Of a stretch of DNA of 64,000 bases, positions 28,532 through 36,470 are shown in pieces. Made by a program: the position numbers and the translations under genes. The notes beneath the pieces were generated by a model. That model worked only from the letters and a program-made list of their open reading frames with translations, was not told where the DNA came from and made no database searches. The stretch is from an uncultured Eubacteriales bacterium (GTDB lineage Bacteria > Bacillota > Clostridia > Lachnospirales > CAZTAY01): NCBI GenBank assembly GCA_964611655.1, contig CAZTAY010000001.1, forward strand, positions 3,847 to 67,846, in the 5' to 3' direction. Position 1 is the first letter of the stretch. Each line of letters starts with the position of its first letter.

Positions 28532-28873
28532 TTATTTACCTCCTTTAAATTAAACTTATACTTTAAACTGTGTGGAATCTGTTTCATTTTTGAACCATAA
28601 CTTAGATGATTATTAAACTATATTATATCAGCTTTATGTAATCATAAGCAAGCATAAAAAATTGGGCGTGTTCCAACTAAAAGCTAGTGCAATCTTTCGA
28701 CATAATTTATATGCTCATAATCATAGACAAAAAACTGACCCTGTGGCATTCGCCATCCCTCTGTTAGTCTTTGTATACCTAGAAACATAATAGCATATTT
28801 TTATTTATGCATTACTGGAATGGCAGCATTTACTGATCACGCCTTAAAGAGCTAGTTAGAATTAACCCCTAAA

Positions 28874-31342
28874 TTATTCTTTATTAATTACCTTTAATTC
28901 ACATCCTGAAAAATATCTATTCAAAATCTCTATATAATCAACACCGTCAATTGCCATTGCGTTTGCGCCTTCTTGACTAAGTCCTGTACCATGTCCGTTT
29001 CCACCACCTGCCAGACTTATGTTAATAAGCTTTCCTGTTGAATCCTTTTCTTCTTGAAGCGCAAAGAAAGAACTTGGCAAGGCTTCACAATTTTCAGCTT
29101 TTAGGTTTCCTACAAGATTTACTACAATCGGTTCTTTTCCGTTAGAGTATTCAAAAGGTTTTAAAATGGCCCTAATATTGGCTTCCCCTTTGATGAGAGC
29201 AGAATGTGTGGTTCCTGTTATTTCAATTTCCATAACATTTCCTCCTCCTCCCCTTTTTAATATTTTAACTCCTGTTATATCACCTAAAGTTTTGACCCCA
29301 TCTTTAATCACATTGCCGCCTTTATCCTTAATTTCCACCAGCTTTGGCTCAAGTTTTTGTCTCTGGGGTAAATTATTATTTACAGAATTCTTCAGCTGTT
29401 CCGATGTAAGTTTTAGATTCCACCTGAACCATGGACTTTTGCTATCCCAACAAAGGATATTTTGATTTTTAAAGAATATTAGGGCTTTTTCTTCATTCTC
29501 AAAAAATTCTTTTTCCTCTGAATTAAACCATTGCGCTGCTTTTAAGTAATTGGGAGAATTAGCAGGATATTTCAGCGTTCGTCTGTCTTGCCATAATTCA
29601 CCTGAACTTGCTGTAAACCCACAAGAGGCAAGAAAGTAGTTAGCTGATGCCACTTCATTTTCATAAACAAGACAGACCCCTTTAGTTGCCTCAACAGCTT
29701 CTATAGCATCCTTTCTTTCATCTTTTTCCCCATATGGCTGGGATAAATGTGAATCATCTACATGTCCTCCATAGGGGCTAAAAGAATTTAAGTAGTATTG
29801 ATTATATGCTATACTTCTTGATGCTATAGCCTGAGCTTTTAATGATTCTAGATTAGAATTAGCAAATGACTGGGCCGAAACAACACTGTATAAATATTCT
29901 TCAAAAGGCAGAACGTTAGTTATTGTATATACTTTTTGAGCCTTGGCAATTTCTATTGTTCCCCTATACAAAGGCGCTTTCCTCTCTCCCCTTTTAATAC
30001 TGTTAATACTAAGCAAACCGCCTTCTGCAGGAGTAATCTTAATCCTCAAAGAATCAAACAATGTATCATTATTTTGTTCATCAATTTTTAGCACTTGACC
30101 TGGTGCATATTGTATCTCATCTTTTTCTGTTTTGATATTAAAACCTTTATCACAGGTCAATTCGATTTTTGAATGAAACAAAGATTTGTAACCTGTATTA
30201 TTAAGAGCAACCCTTATTTCTTCGATCTTTGGTTTATTATTTATTACAACCGCTGCAATTTCACCTTTATTTATATAAAAATCAGCGTCCTTCATTCCAA
30301 CAAGAATGTCGCCAGATTCTTTAACACTCACTTTTGAACCATATAGTCCATATATGTTTGCATCCTGTTTCAGTTTTATTAGTCCCAAACCATCCACTTC
30401 TAGAGAAGTATGTAAATTTCTCTTGACTTCACCTGTTTTTATATCAGTCACAGGTGTTAATTCCATAACAATACCATCCTTAATTTGTATACTTGCAACC
30501 TTAACACCTTCTTGCAACGTTCCATTAAATGGATATGTCCTTAAAGCACCCTGCACAAATATTTTAATTTTTCCCTCTGATGCTCCAACTATATAAGCAT
30601 TTTCAATAAGTGGTGTTTCTAAGTTGTTTTCATTTAAAATACCAAATAATTGGCTACCTCTTGTTTGAACTAAAATCTTTTTGTCTATATACTTGTCCAT
30701 ATCAAAACCGCTACAATAAATAATTCCCTTGTCTGTGATCATAACACCGTCAGACAATGAATTTGTATTAGCTGAGGTTGCAAGAGGTATAACTTCTTTG
30801 TTTTCTATACCAAAATATTCCTCAAGGCTTTTTCCGCCCCGCATTTTATCCATAACTTTTTCCAAAAGGTCTTGCCATAATGCATAAGAAACAGGTAAAT
30901 TTTTATTTTCATCTGTTATCTTTATTTTAATAGAATTATTTTTATATAGCCTGTCCATTAGTTGTTGTGCTTCATAAATTGTCAAATAATCTTCCGGTCT
31001 AAAATTTTCATCAAACCCTGACATAAATCCATATGACACAGCACAGTTAACAAAATCCCTATACCATGCACTTTCTGAAACATCTTTGAACTTTTTTGCA
31101 TCAGAAAACGACAGAAAATCCGTTTCCTTAGTAAATCCAATTGATAACATTTTAGCCGCCACTGCTCTTGTAACAGGCTTTTCGTCTAAGTTTTTGTATT
31201 CATCCAAGTTTTCAATAACAATTGTTTCGTTGTTTTTGTTGCCAGACTGCTCTGTTTTGCCTTCTTTTTTTAGAAAACCACAACCAGCTACTGTTAATGA
31301 AATTAAAAAAAAGACGGCGAAATCTAACATTAATTTTTTCAT
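28874..31342 (-). CDS. lipoprotein with an N-terminal SLH-like region and a C-terminal SpoIID/LytB domain
   Basis: 822 aa with the lipobox LTVAGCG. An SLH-like segment reads FKDVSESAWYRDFVNCAVSYGFMSG. The SpoIID/LytB-like region contains ESLKAQAIASRSIAYNQY...ATKGVCLVYENEVASANYF...GHGTGLSQEGA. Confidence 0.7.
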   Translation of the reverse strand: MKKLMLDFAVFFLISLTVAGCGFLKKEGKTEQSGNKNNETIVIENLDEYKNLDEKPVTRAVAAKMLSIGFTKETDFLSFSDAKKFKDVSESAWYRDFVNCAVSYGFMSGFDENFRPEDYLTIYEAQQLMDRLYKNNSIKIKITDENKNLPVSYALWQDLLEKVMDKMRGGKSLEEYFGIENKEVIPLATSANTNSLSDGVMITDKGIIYCSGFDMDKYIDKKILVQTRGSQLFGILNENNLETPLIENAYIVGASEGKIKIFVQGALRTYPFNGTLQEGVKVASIQIKDGIVMELTPVTDIKTGEVKRNLHTSLEVDGLGLIKLKQDANIYGLYGSKVSVKESGDILVGMKDADFYINKGEIAAVVINNKPKIEEIRVALNNTGYKSLFHSKIELTCDKGFNIKTEKDEIQYAPGQVLKIDEQNNDTLFDSLRIKITPAEGGLLSINSIKRGERKAPLYRGTIEIAKAQKVYTITNVLPFEEYLYSVVSAQSFANSNLESLKAQAIASRSIAYNQYYLNSFSPYGGHVDDSHLSQPYGEKDERKDAIEAVEATKGVCLVYENEVASANYFLASCGFTASSGELWQDRRTLKYPANSPNYLKAAQWFNSEEKEFFENEEKALIFFKNQNILCWDSKSPWFRWNLKLTSEQLKNSVNNNLPQRQKLEPKLVEIKDKGGNVIKDGVKTLGDITGVKILKRGGGGNVMEIEITGTTHSALIKGEANIRAILKPFEYSNGKEPIVVNLVGNLKAENCEALPSSFFALQEEKDSTGKLINISLAGGGNGHGTGLSQEGANAMAIDGVDYIEILNRYFSGCELKVINKE

Positions 31343-31435
31343 TTGTTTTCACCCCATTATTTTTTCTTTTGGTTTGTCCTCTTTTTAATATATGCTTGTG
31401 AGTTTCGAATATGACTTTAAAATTTACTCATTAGT

Positions 31436-31621
31436 TCATTCATTGTTATGGCGTTTTAGGACTTTTTCGCGTAAGTCAATTAGTTGGTCTTCATTTAGTT
31501 CTACATAAATGCAGTCGGCACAAACTCCTCCAATGGACAAACTTACATTGTTTAGTATGCAATTTTTATTTTCACAATATATGCAGAAAATGTTTTCACA
31601 ATTCATTAGAATTCTATCCAA
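31436..31621 (-). CDS. small six-cysteine protein of unknown function
   Basis: 61-aa ORF with cysteines arranged C8, C13-x2-C16, C21 and C34-x2-C37, and an acidic/basic helical tail. It is divergent from the XRE genes. I recognise no family. Confidence 0.45.
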   Translation of the reverse strand: MDRILMNCENIFCIYCENKNCILNNVSLSIGGVCADCIYVELNEDQLIDLREKVLKRHNNE

Positions 31622-31651
31622 ATTTGAATAAAATCAAGACCTCATTTATTT

Positions 31652-31694
31652 TACTACTATTTGATAGTACAGTCAATACTATCATGCAGTAGTA
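31652..31694. promoter_or_regulatory. 43-bp nested palindrome (likely XRE operator) in the divergent promoter region
   Basis: The sequence reads tactact-attt-gatagta-cagtcaa-tactatc-atgc-agtagta. The outer 7-bp arms and inner 7-bp arms are both perfect inverted repeats. Confidence 0.5.
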
Positions 31695-31720
31695 AATTAA
31701 TATGTAGTGAGGTGAATTAC

Positions 31721-31951
31721 ATGTATTATAGAAGATTAAGAGATCTTAGAGAGGATAACGAGCTGACACAAAAAGAAGTTGCAGAAATTTTAGGTATAGA
31801 TCAAAGAGTTTACAGCAATTATGAAACAGGCAAACGGGAAATTCCAACTAGATTCGTTGTAAAACTTGCTGTTTTTTACAATACAAGCACTGATTATATT
31901 TTAGGTCTTTCAAAAACTATTAGAGCAAATGAAAACAAACAAAATTCTTAA
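31721..31951 (+). CDS. XRE-family HTH transcriptional regulator
   Basis: The ORF track starts at a TTG at 31661. The ATG at 31721 is preceded by GAGGTG and gives MYYRRLRDLREDNELTQKEVAEILGIDQRVYSNYETGKREIP, an HTH_3 domain of 76 aa. Confidence 0.85.
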   Translation: MYYRRLRDLREDNELTQKEVAEILGIDQRVYSNYETGKREIPTRFVVKLAVFYNTSTDYILGLSKTIRANENKQNS

Positions 31952-31965
31952 CGTTGGTGAAGTCT

Positions 31966-32205
31966 ATGCAAAAATTTAGGCCTGATATGAACATAGGCGG
32001 AAATATTCGTAATTTACGTAGAAATTGTGGATTAACTCAAGAACAGGTGGTAGCCAGGCTGCAACTACTGGGGTTTGAGATATCCAGAAGTGTTTATTCA
32101 AGATATGAGATTAATAAACTAAATATCTGTGTCAGTGAAATTGTCGCCTTAAAAAAGATATTTATTTGCTCATATGATGATTTCTTTGAGGGACTGGATA
32201 TATAG
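31966..32205 (+). CDS. second XRE-family HTH regulator
   Basis: The ORF runs 31954-32205. The ATG at 31966 after GGTGA is plausible as the true start. The HTH_3 segment is NIRNLRRNCGLTQEQVVARLQLLGFEISRSVYSRYE. Confidence 0.75.
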   Translation: MQKFRPDMNIGGNIRNLRRNCGLTQEQVVARLQLLGFEISRSVYSRYEINKLNICVSEIVALKKIFICSYDDFFEGLDI

Positions 32206-32211
32206 GCAATT

Positions 32212-32340
32212 GTATACAGCAACTATGAGACGGATAAACGTGAAATTCCTACCAGACTTATTATAAAACTGGCTGAATTTTATAACACCAGTACCGATTA
32301 TATTTTGGGTCTTTCAAAAAACAATAAAAAAAAGATTTAG
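32212..32340 (+). pseudogene. 5'-truncated XRE paralogue (C-terminal 42 codons only)
   Basis: It translates to VYSNYETDKREIPTRLIIKLAEFYNTSTDYILGLSKNNKKKI*. By hand alignment to residues 30-66 of the 31721 gene, 31/37 aa and 88/111 nt are identical. It has no start codon and no helix-turn-helix N-terminal half. Confidence 0.7.
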
Positions 32341-32341
32341 A

Positions 32342-32758
32342 ATGGAGGTACTTTATTTGAACATTCAATACAGAGAATCTAAATCATTTGAAATTCAGGA
32401 ACTTTATAAACTATTTAAATCTGTAAATTGGTTATCAGCAAACCATCCTGAAAGATTACAAAAAGCCATTTCAGGTTCCTCTACTGTTATTTCTGCGTGG
32501 GATAACGGCAAATTAGTGGCTCTTATTAATGCAATAGATGATGGAGAAATGACCGCTTATGTACATTACTTATTGGTACATCCTGAATATCAAAGACATG
32601 GGATCGCTGCGCATTTAATCAATTGTATCAAGGAAAAATACAAAGACTTTCTTTATTTGATTATAATACCAGATGATGTTAAAAACGTAACTTTATATGA
32701 AAAATTCGGTTTTAGAGTCATGGCAGGCTCTACACCCATGTACGTATTTAATCAATAA
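32342..32758 (+). CDS. GNAT-family N-acetyltransferase
   Basis: 138 aa containing the acetyl-CoA-binding-type segment VHPEYQRHGIAAHLI. The alternative TTG start at 32357 is better spaced from GGAGG (32344-32348). Confidence 0.75.
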   Translation: MEVLYLNIQYRESKSFEIQELYKLFKSVNWLSANHPERLQKAISGSSTVISAWDNGKLVALINAIDDGEMTAYVHYLLVHPEYQRHGIAAHLINCIKEKYKDFLYLIIIPDDVKNVTLYEKFGFRVMAGSTPMYVFNQ

Positions 32759-32788
32759 AAAACAGGCTGTGGACATCCCAACAGCCTG
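32756..32788 (-). terminator. intrinsic terminator of rplL (possibly bidirectional)
   Basis: The stem caggctgt/acagcctg (32763-32788) is followed by TTTTTTATT on the minus strand. Confidence 0.7.
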
Positions 32789-32804
32789 CATATGTTCGGT
32801 TAAA

Positions 32805-33185
32805 TTACTTAAGTGTAATTTTTGCGCCAACTTCTTCAAACTTAGCTTTGATTGAGTCAGCTTCTTCTTTGCTTGCGCCTTCTTTGAATACTTTAGGAGC
32901 GCCATCAACGATTTCTTTTGCTTCTTTAAGACCAAGGCCTGTAACTTCTCTAACAACCTTGATAACCTTGATTTTTTCAGCGCCAACGTCTGAAAGTTCG
33001 AGATCAAATTCTGTTTTTTCTTCAGCAGCTTCAGCACCTGCAGCAGGGCCAGCAGCAGCAACTACCATACCAGCAGCAGCAGAAACACCAAACTCTTCTT
33101 CTGCTTTTTTAACAAGATCATTAAGTTCAATCACGGTAAGCTCTTTGATAGCTTCGATGATTTCATCTATGGATAACTTTGCCAT
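32805..33185 (-). CDS. rplL: 50S ribosomal protein L7/L12
   Basis: 126 aa. It begins [26 protein letters not shown], has an Ala-rich hinge, and ends with [22 protein letters not shown]. Confidence 0.97.
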   Translation of the reverse strand: MAKLSIDEIIEAIKELTVIELNDLVKKAEEEFGVSAAAGMVVAAAGPAAGAEAAEEKTEFDLELSDVGAEKIKVIKVVREVTGLGLKEAKEIVDGAPKVFKEGASKEEADSIKAKFEEVGAKITLK

Positions 33186-33221
33186 TTTAAATTTCCTCCG
33201 TTTTATATTATTTTAATTTAA

Positions 33222-33722
33222 TTATTCTGCGCTTGGAGCGCCTTCTTTGTCAGCAATTGCTTGAATAATTCTTGCAAATGAAGACATAGGTGATTTGAAG
33301 CTTCCAAGAAGTTTTGAAAGAAGTTCTTCTCTTGATGGAATATTAGCAATTGCTTGGACTTCTTCTGCATTATATACGTTGTTTTCAATAACCCCTGCTT
33401 TAAACTCTAAGAGTTTAACATCTTTAGCAATCTTGCTAATTACCCTTGCAGCAGCAGTTGGGTCATCATAACAGAAAGCAGCAGCGCTTGGACCTTCAAG
33501 GTATTCATCAAGTTTTGCAAAATCAGAGCCTTCAAAACCAAGTCTCATAAGCCTGTTTTTATATACTTTGTAATCAACGCCTATTTCTCTAAGGCTTTTT
33601 CTAAGAGCAGTGTCTTGAGCAACAGTAAGTCCTCTAGGGTCAACTAAAACAACTGATGTAGCTCTTGAAACCTTTTCTTTGATTTCATCCACGATTAGTT
33701 TTTTGGAATCGATGTTTGGCAC
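33222..33722 (-). CDS. rplJ: 50S ribosomal protein L10
   Basis: 166 aa, positioned immediately upstream of rplL. The sequence is typical of L10. Confidence 0.95.
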   Translation of the reverse strand: MPNIDSKKLIVDEIKEKVSRATSVVLVDPRGLTVAQDTALRKSLREIGVDYKVYKNRLMRLGFEGSDFAKLDEYLEGPSAAAFCYDDPTAAARVISKIAKDVKLLEFKAGVIENNVYNAEEVQAIANIPSREELLSKLLGSFKSPMSSFARIIQAIADKEGAPSAE

Positions 33723-33877
33723 GTTTTCACCTCCGTATCAAATAATAAACCCTCATATCAAAACAAGACATGAGGGTATACAAAATCCAATATCAATAAC
33801 CTCGGTTGGCAGGAATGTTCCTTTTACGCAAAGCACCAACTGTCTTAGGTGGTTATTCAATTTTATTATTGCGAACG
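33723..33877 (-). promoter_or_regulatory. ribosomal protein L10 leader (autoregulatory attenuator)
   Basis: A leader of about 155 nt lies between the rplJ promoter and its ATG. It ends in the hairpin ccctcat/atgaggg (33750-33776), followed on the minus strand by TTTATTATTT. The position and architecture match the Firmicute L10 leader, but I could not align it to a model. Confidence 0.55.
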
Positions 33878-33883
33878 AATGTA

Positions 33884-33912
33884 ATTCTACAACAAATAAG
33901 GACTTGTGTCAA
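33884..33912 (-). promoter_or_regulatory. sigma-A promoter for rplJL
   Basis: The minus strand reads TTGACA (33912-33907), a 17-nt spacer, then TAGAAT (33889-33884). It lies directly after the rplA stop. Confidence 0.6.
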
Positions 33913-33917
33913 TACAA

Positions 33918-34613
33918 TTATTCAGAAACCTTAGCAGTGTTAATTTTGATTCCAGGTCCCATAGTTGAGCTGATGGAAATGCTCTTTAAGTATTGTCCTT
34001 TTGCAGCAGATGGTTTAGCTTTAATAACCGCTCCAATTAGGGCATCAAAGTTTTCTTTTAATTTATCAGTGCCGAAAGAAACCTTACCTATTGGCACGTG
34101 GATAATATTAGTTTTATCAAGTCTGTATTCGATCTTACCAGCCTTAATATCTTTAATAGCTTTTGTAACGTCAACGGTAACCGTACCTGCTTTAGGGTTT
34201 GGCATTAAACCTTTAGGACCTAAAACCTTACCAAGACGTCCAACAACACCCATCATGTCAGGGGTTGCAACAGTTACATCAAAATCAAACCAGTTATCGT
34301 TTTGGATTCTTGGAATAAGTTCTTCTGCTCCAACATGGTCTGCACCGGCTGCTTCAGCTTCTGTTGCCTTTTCGCCTTTAGCAAAAACCAATACTCTAAG
34401 GGTTTTACCGGTTCCGTGAGGAAGAACGATAGCACCTCTAACCTGTTGATCCGCGTGTCTTGAGTCAACACCTAAGCGGATATGTGCTTCAACAGTTTCA
34501 TCAAACTTTGCAAAAGAAGTCTTTTGAACTAAGTCAACCGCATCTGCAACATCATATAAAACGCTGTTTTGAATCAGCTTTGATTTTTCTTTGTAATTCT
34601 TTCCTCTTTTCAA
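33918..34613 (-). CDS. rplA: 50S ribosomal protein L1
   Basis: 231 aa with a TTG start after AGGAGG. The sequence contains [14 protein letters not shown] and [21 protein letters not shown]. Confidence 0.96.
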   Translation of the reverse strand: MKRGKNYKEKSKLIQNSVLYDVADAVDLVQKTSFAKFDETVEAHIRLGVDSRHADQQVRGAIVLPHGTGKTLRVLVFAKGEKATEAEAAGADHVGAEELIPRIQNDNWFDFDVTVATPDMMGVVGRLGKVLGPKGLMPNPKAGTVTVDVTKAIKDIKAGKIEYRLDKTNIIHVPIGKVSFGTDKLKENFDALIGAVIKAKPSAAKGQYLKSISISSTMGPGIKINTAKVSE

Positions 34614-34629
34614 TTCTTATCCTCCTCAT

Positions 34630-34659
34630 GTGGTATTATCGGGAGAAAACCCCTCCCAC
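34630..34659 (-). promoter_or_regulatory. putative L1-binding mRNA mimic, copy B (upstream of rplA)
   Basis: The minus strand reads gtgggaggggttttctcccgataataccac and abuts the rplA RBS. It is near-identical in design to the element upstream of rplK. Confidence 0.45.
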
Positions 34660-34667
34660 AGCGCCGA

Positions 34668-35093
34668 CTATTCAGATACTACAATGCCCATACTTCTAGC
34701 TGTACCTTTTATCATACTCATAGCAGATTCAATAGACGCCGCATTTAGGTCAGGCATTTTTGTTTCAGCTATTTTTCTGACTTCATCCATGGAAATCGTA
34801 GCAACCTTTGTTTTATTGGGGACACCTGAACCCGATTCAATTTTACAAGCTTTTTTAAGCAAAACTGCCGCCGGCGGAGTTTTAGTAATAAAACTGAATG
34901 TTCTGTCTTGATATACTGTTATTACAACGGGGATTACAAGACCAGCTTGACTTGCCGTTCTTTCGTTATATTCCTTGCAAAATCCCATAATATTAACTCC
35001 GTGCTGACCTAAAGCCGGACCTACAGGTGGCGCTGGAGTTGCTTTACCAGCAGGAATTTGCAATTTAATATAAGCTGTTACCTTTTTTGCCAT
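34668..35093 (-). CDS. rplK: 50S ribosomal protein L11
   Basis: 141 aa beginning [35 protein letters not shown]. Confidence 0.97.
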   Translation of the reverse strand: MAKKVTAYIKLQIPAGKATPAPPVGPALGQHGVNIMGFCKEYNERTASQAGLVIPVVITVYQDRTFSFITKTPPAAVLLKKACKIESGSGVPNKTKVATISMDEVRKIAETKMPDLNAASIESAMSMIKGTARSMGIVVSE

Positions 35094-35110
35094 TTCTGTT
35101 CCTCCTCAAA

Positions 35111-35139
35111 GTGGTATTTAACGGGATTTTCCCTCCCAC
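35111..35139 (-). promoter_or_regulatory. putative L1-binding mRNA mimic, copy A (upstream of rplK)
   Basis: The minus strand reads gtgggagggaaaatcccgttaaataccac: helix gtgg/ccac enclosing GGGAG plus a small inner stem. It sits directly 5' of the rplK RBS, the classical site for L1 autoregulation of the L11 operon. Confidence 0.5.
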
Positions 35140-35148
35140 AAAACGCCT

Positions 35149-35667
35149 TTACATTTTTTGAATTTGGGTAAATGAAATTTCAACAGGCGTTTCACGACCA
35201 AATATTGACAACATAACCGTAACGCTTTTCTTATGAGCGTTTACTTCTTTGACGATACCAATAGAATTTTCAAAAGGACCGCCAATTACCTTGACTGCCT
35301 CATCAATTCCAATATCAAGCATCGGTTCGTCAATCTCAATGCCCATTGCTCTAACTTCATCATCAGAAAGAGGCACGGGTTTTGAGCCGGGGCCTACAAA
35401 GCTTGTAACGCCCCTTGTGTTTCTTACAACATACCAAGTGTCATCATTCATGTGCATCTTAATTAAAACATATCCCGGGAAAATTTTACGCTGAACAGTC
35501 TTTTTCTTTCCGTTTTTAAGTTCCACTGAATCCAGCATCGGCACAACGACTTCGTATATCGAATCCTTCATGTTTCGGTTTTCGATAATCTTTTCGATAT
35601 TCGCTTTTACTTTATTTTCATATCCGGAATACGTATGCACAACGTACCATTTTGACTCTTCAGCCAT
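35149..35667 (-). CDS. nusG: transcription termination/antitermination factor NusG
   Basis: 172 aa. The NGN domain begins WYVVHTYSGYENKV and a C-terminal KOW domain follows. Confidence 0.95.
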   Translation of the reverse strand: MAEESKWYVVHTYSGYENKVKANIEKIIENRNMKDSIYEVVVPMLDSVELKNGKKKTVQRKIFPGYVLIKMHMNDDTWYVVRNTRGVTSFVGPGSKPVPLSDDEVRAMGIEIDEPMLDIGIDEAVKVIGGPFENSIGIVKEVNAHKKSVTVMLSIFGRETPVEISFTQIQKM

Positions 35668-35751
35668 ACAATCATCCTTTAAGAACCTGCTTCAATTTAC
35701 TGATACTAATTTCAAACATAGAAATTAGTAATAAAGTTAAACATGTTTAAT

Positions 35752-35961
35752 TTAGAAAATATTCATGAGATTGGTTATAACAAACTCAAAACAGAAATCA
35801 GAAACTGAAATGGCTGCGCCTAATAAAATGGTGGTAAAAATAACCGTAATGGTGTGTTTGTACAATTCTTTTCTTGATGGCCAAGTAATTCTTCCAAATT
35901 CTGCTCTATATTCCCTTGCAGTTTCCTTAAAGCTTTTCTTTTCGCTTTTGGAATTGTCCAA
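35752..35961 (-). CDS. secE: preprotein translocase subunit SecE
   Basis: 69 aa with a single C-terminal TM helix. The segment ELKKVTWP appears here as EFGRITWPSRKEL. It lies between rpmG and nusG. Confidence 0.88.
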   Translation of the reverse strand: MDNSKSEKKSFKETAREYRAEFGRITWPSRKELYKHTITVIFTTILLGAAISVSDFCFEFVITNLMNIF

Positions 35962-35976
35962 AATACCACATCCTTT

Positions 35977-36126
35977 TTATTTCGTTTCTCTGTGGAGTGT
36001 GTGCTTGTTGCAGAATTTACAGTATTTCTTCATTTCCATTCTGTCCGGATGGTTCTTCTTTTCTTTTGTTGAGTTGTAATTTCTTTGTTTGCAATCCGTA
36101 CAAGCCAGTGTTATTTTTGTCCTCAA
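35977..36126 (-). CDS. rpmG: 50S ribosomal protein L33
   Basis: Not in the ORF track because it is under 60 aa. My minus-strand translation is (M)[48 protein letters not shown], 50 codons in total. The TTG start is preceded by GAGGTG. It sits at the canonical position before secE. Confidence 0.9.
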   Translation of the reverse strand: MRTKITLACTDCKQRNYNSTKEKKNHPDRMEMKKYCKFCNKHTLHRETK

Positions 36127-36470
36127 TTTTTACACCTCTTTCGCTACCCTTAATCCCCGCTTGATAAGCAATAATAAGGCAATGCAGCATAACTTATGTA
36201 AACAAAAGAGTAGCCGCATAATGCCAATAAAAAAAGACATACGTCCTTTGGAGTTAGATTAACATAAAAAGATCTGTATGTCAATTAAAAAATCTGTTTT
36301 ATTGCAATATTATAAATTGCAAGTTTTATTGAAGTATTAAATGCATTCAGCTTCGTTAACAGTCTTGAAACTAGTTTTATTTTTAGATGATAATTTATAT
36401 AATTTTCTATTCTTTTACTTATTCAAATGTGTATAGAAATTCAAAAAGAACTGACACGGACGATCATTTT

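Noticed and set aside
32693-33216. Two 122-aa ORFs overlapping rplL (32693-33061 on the minus strand, 32848-33216 on the plus strand)
   Set aside because: They are alternative-frame or antisense products of the repetitive Ala/Lys/Glu codons of L7/L12. The L7/L12 frame is the real gene.
33679-34419. 246-aa plus-strand ORF
   Set aside because: It is entirely antisense to rplA and the rplJ leader. The composition is low-complexity and rich in Ser, Pro, Ile and Thr, it has no RBS, and the opposite strand encodes an unmistakable L1. It is a shadow ORF.
35705-35751. Hairpin actaatttc/gaaattagt and 14-bp palindrome ttaaacatgtttaa between secE and nusG
   Set aside because: Both are AU-only and short, and no U-tract follows. 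Such structures are expected by chance in AT-rich spacers, so I do not call this a regulatory element.
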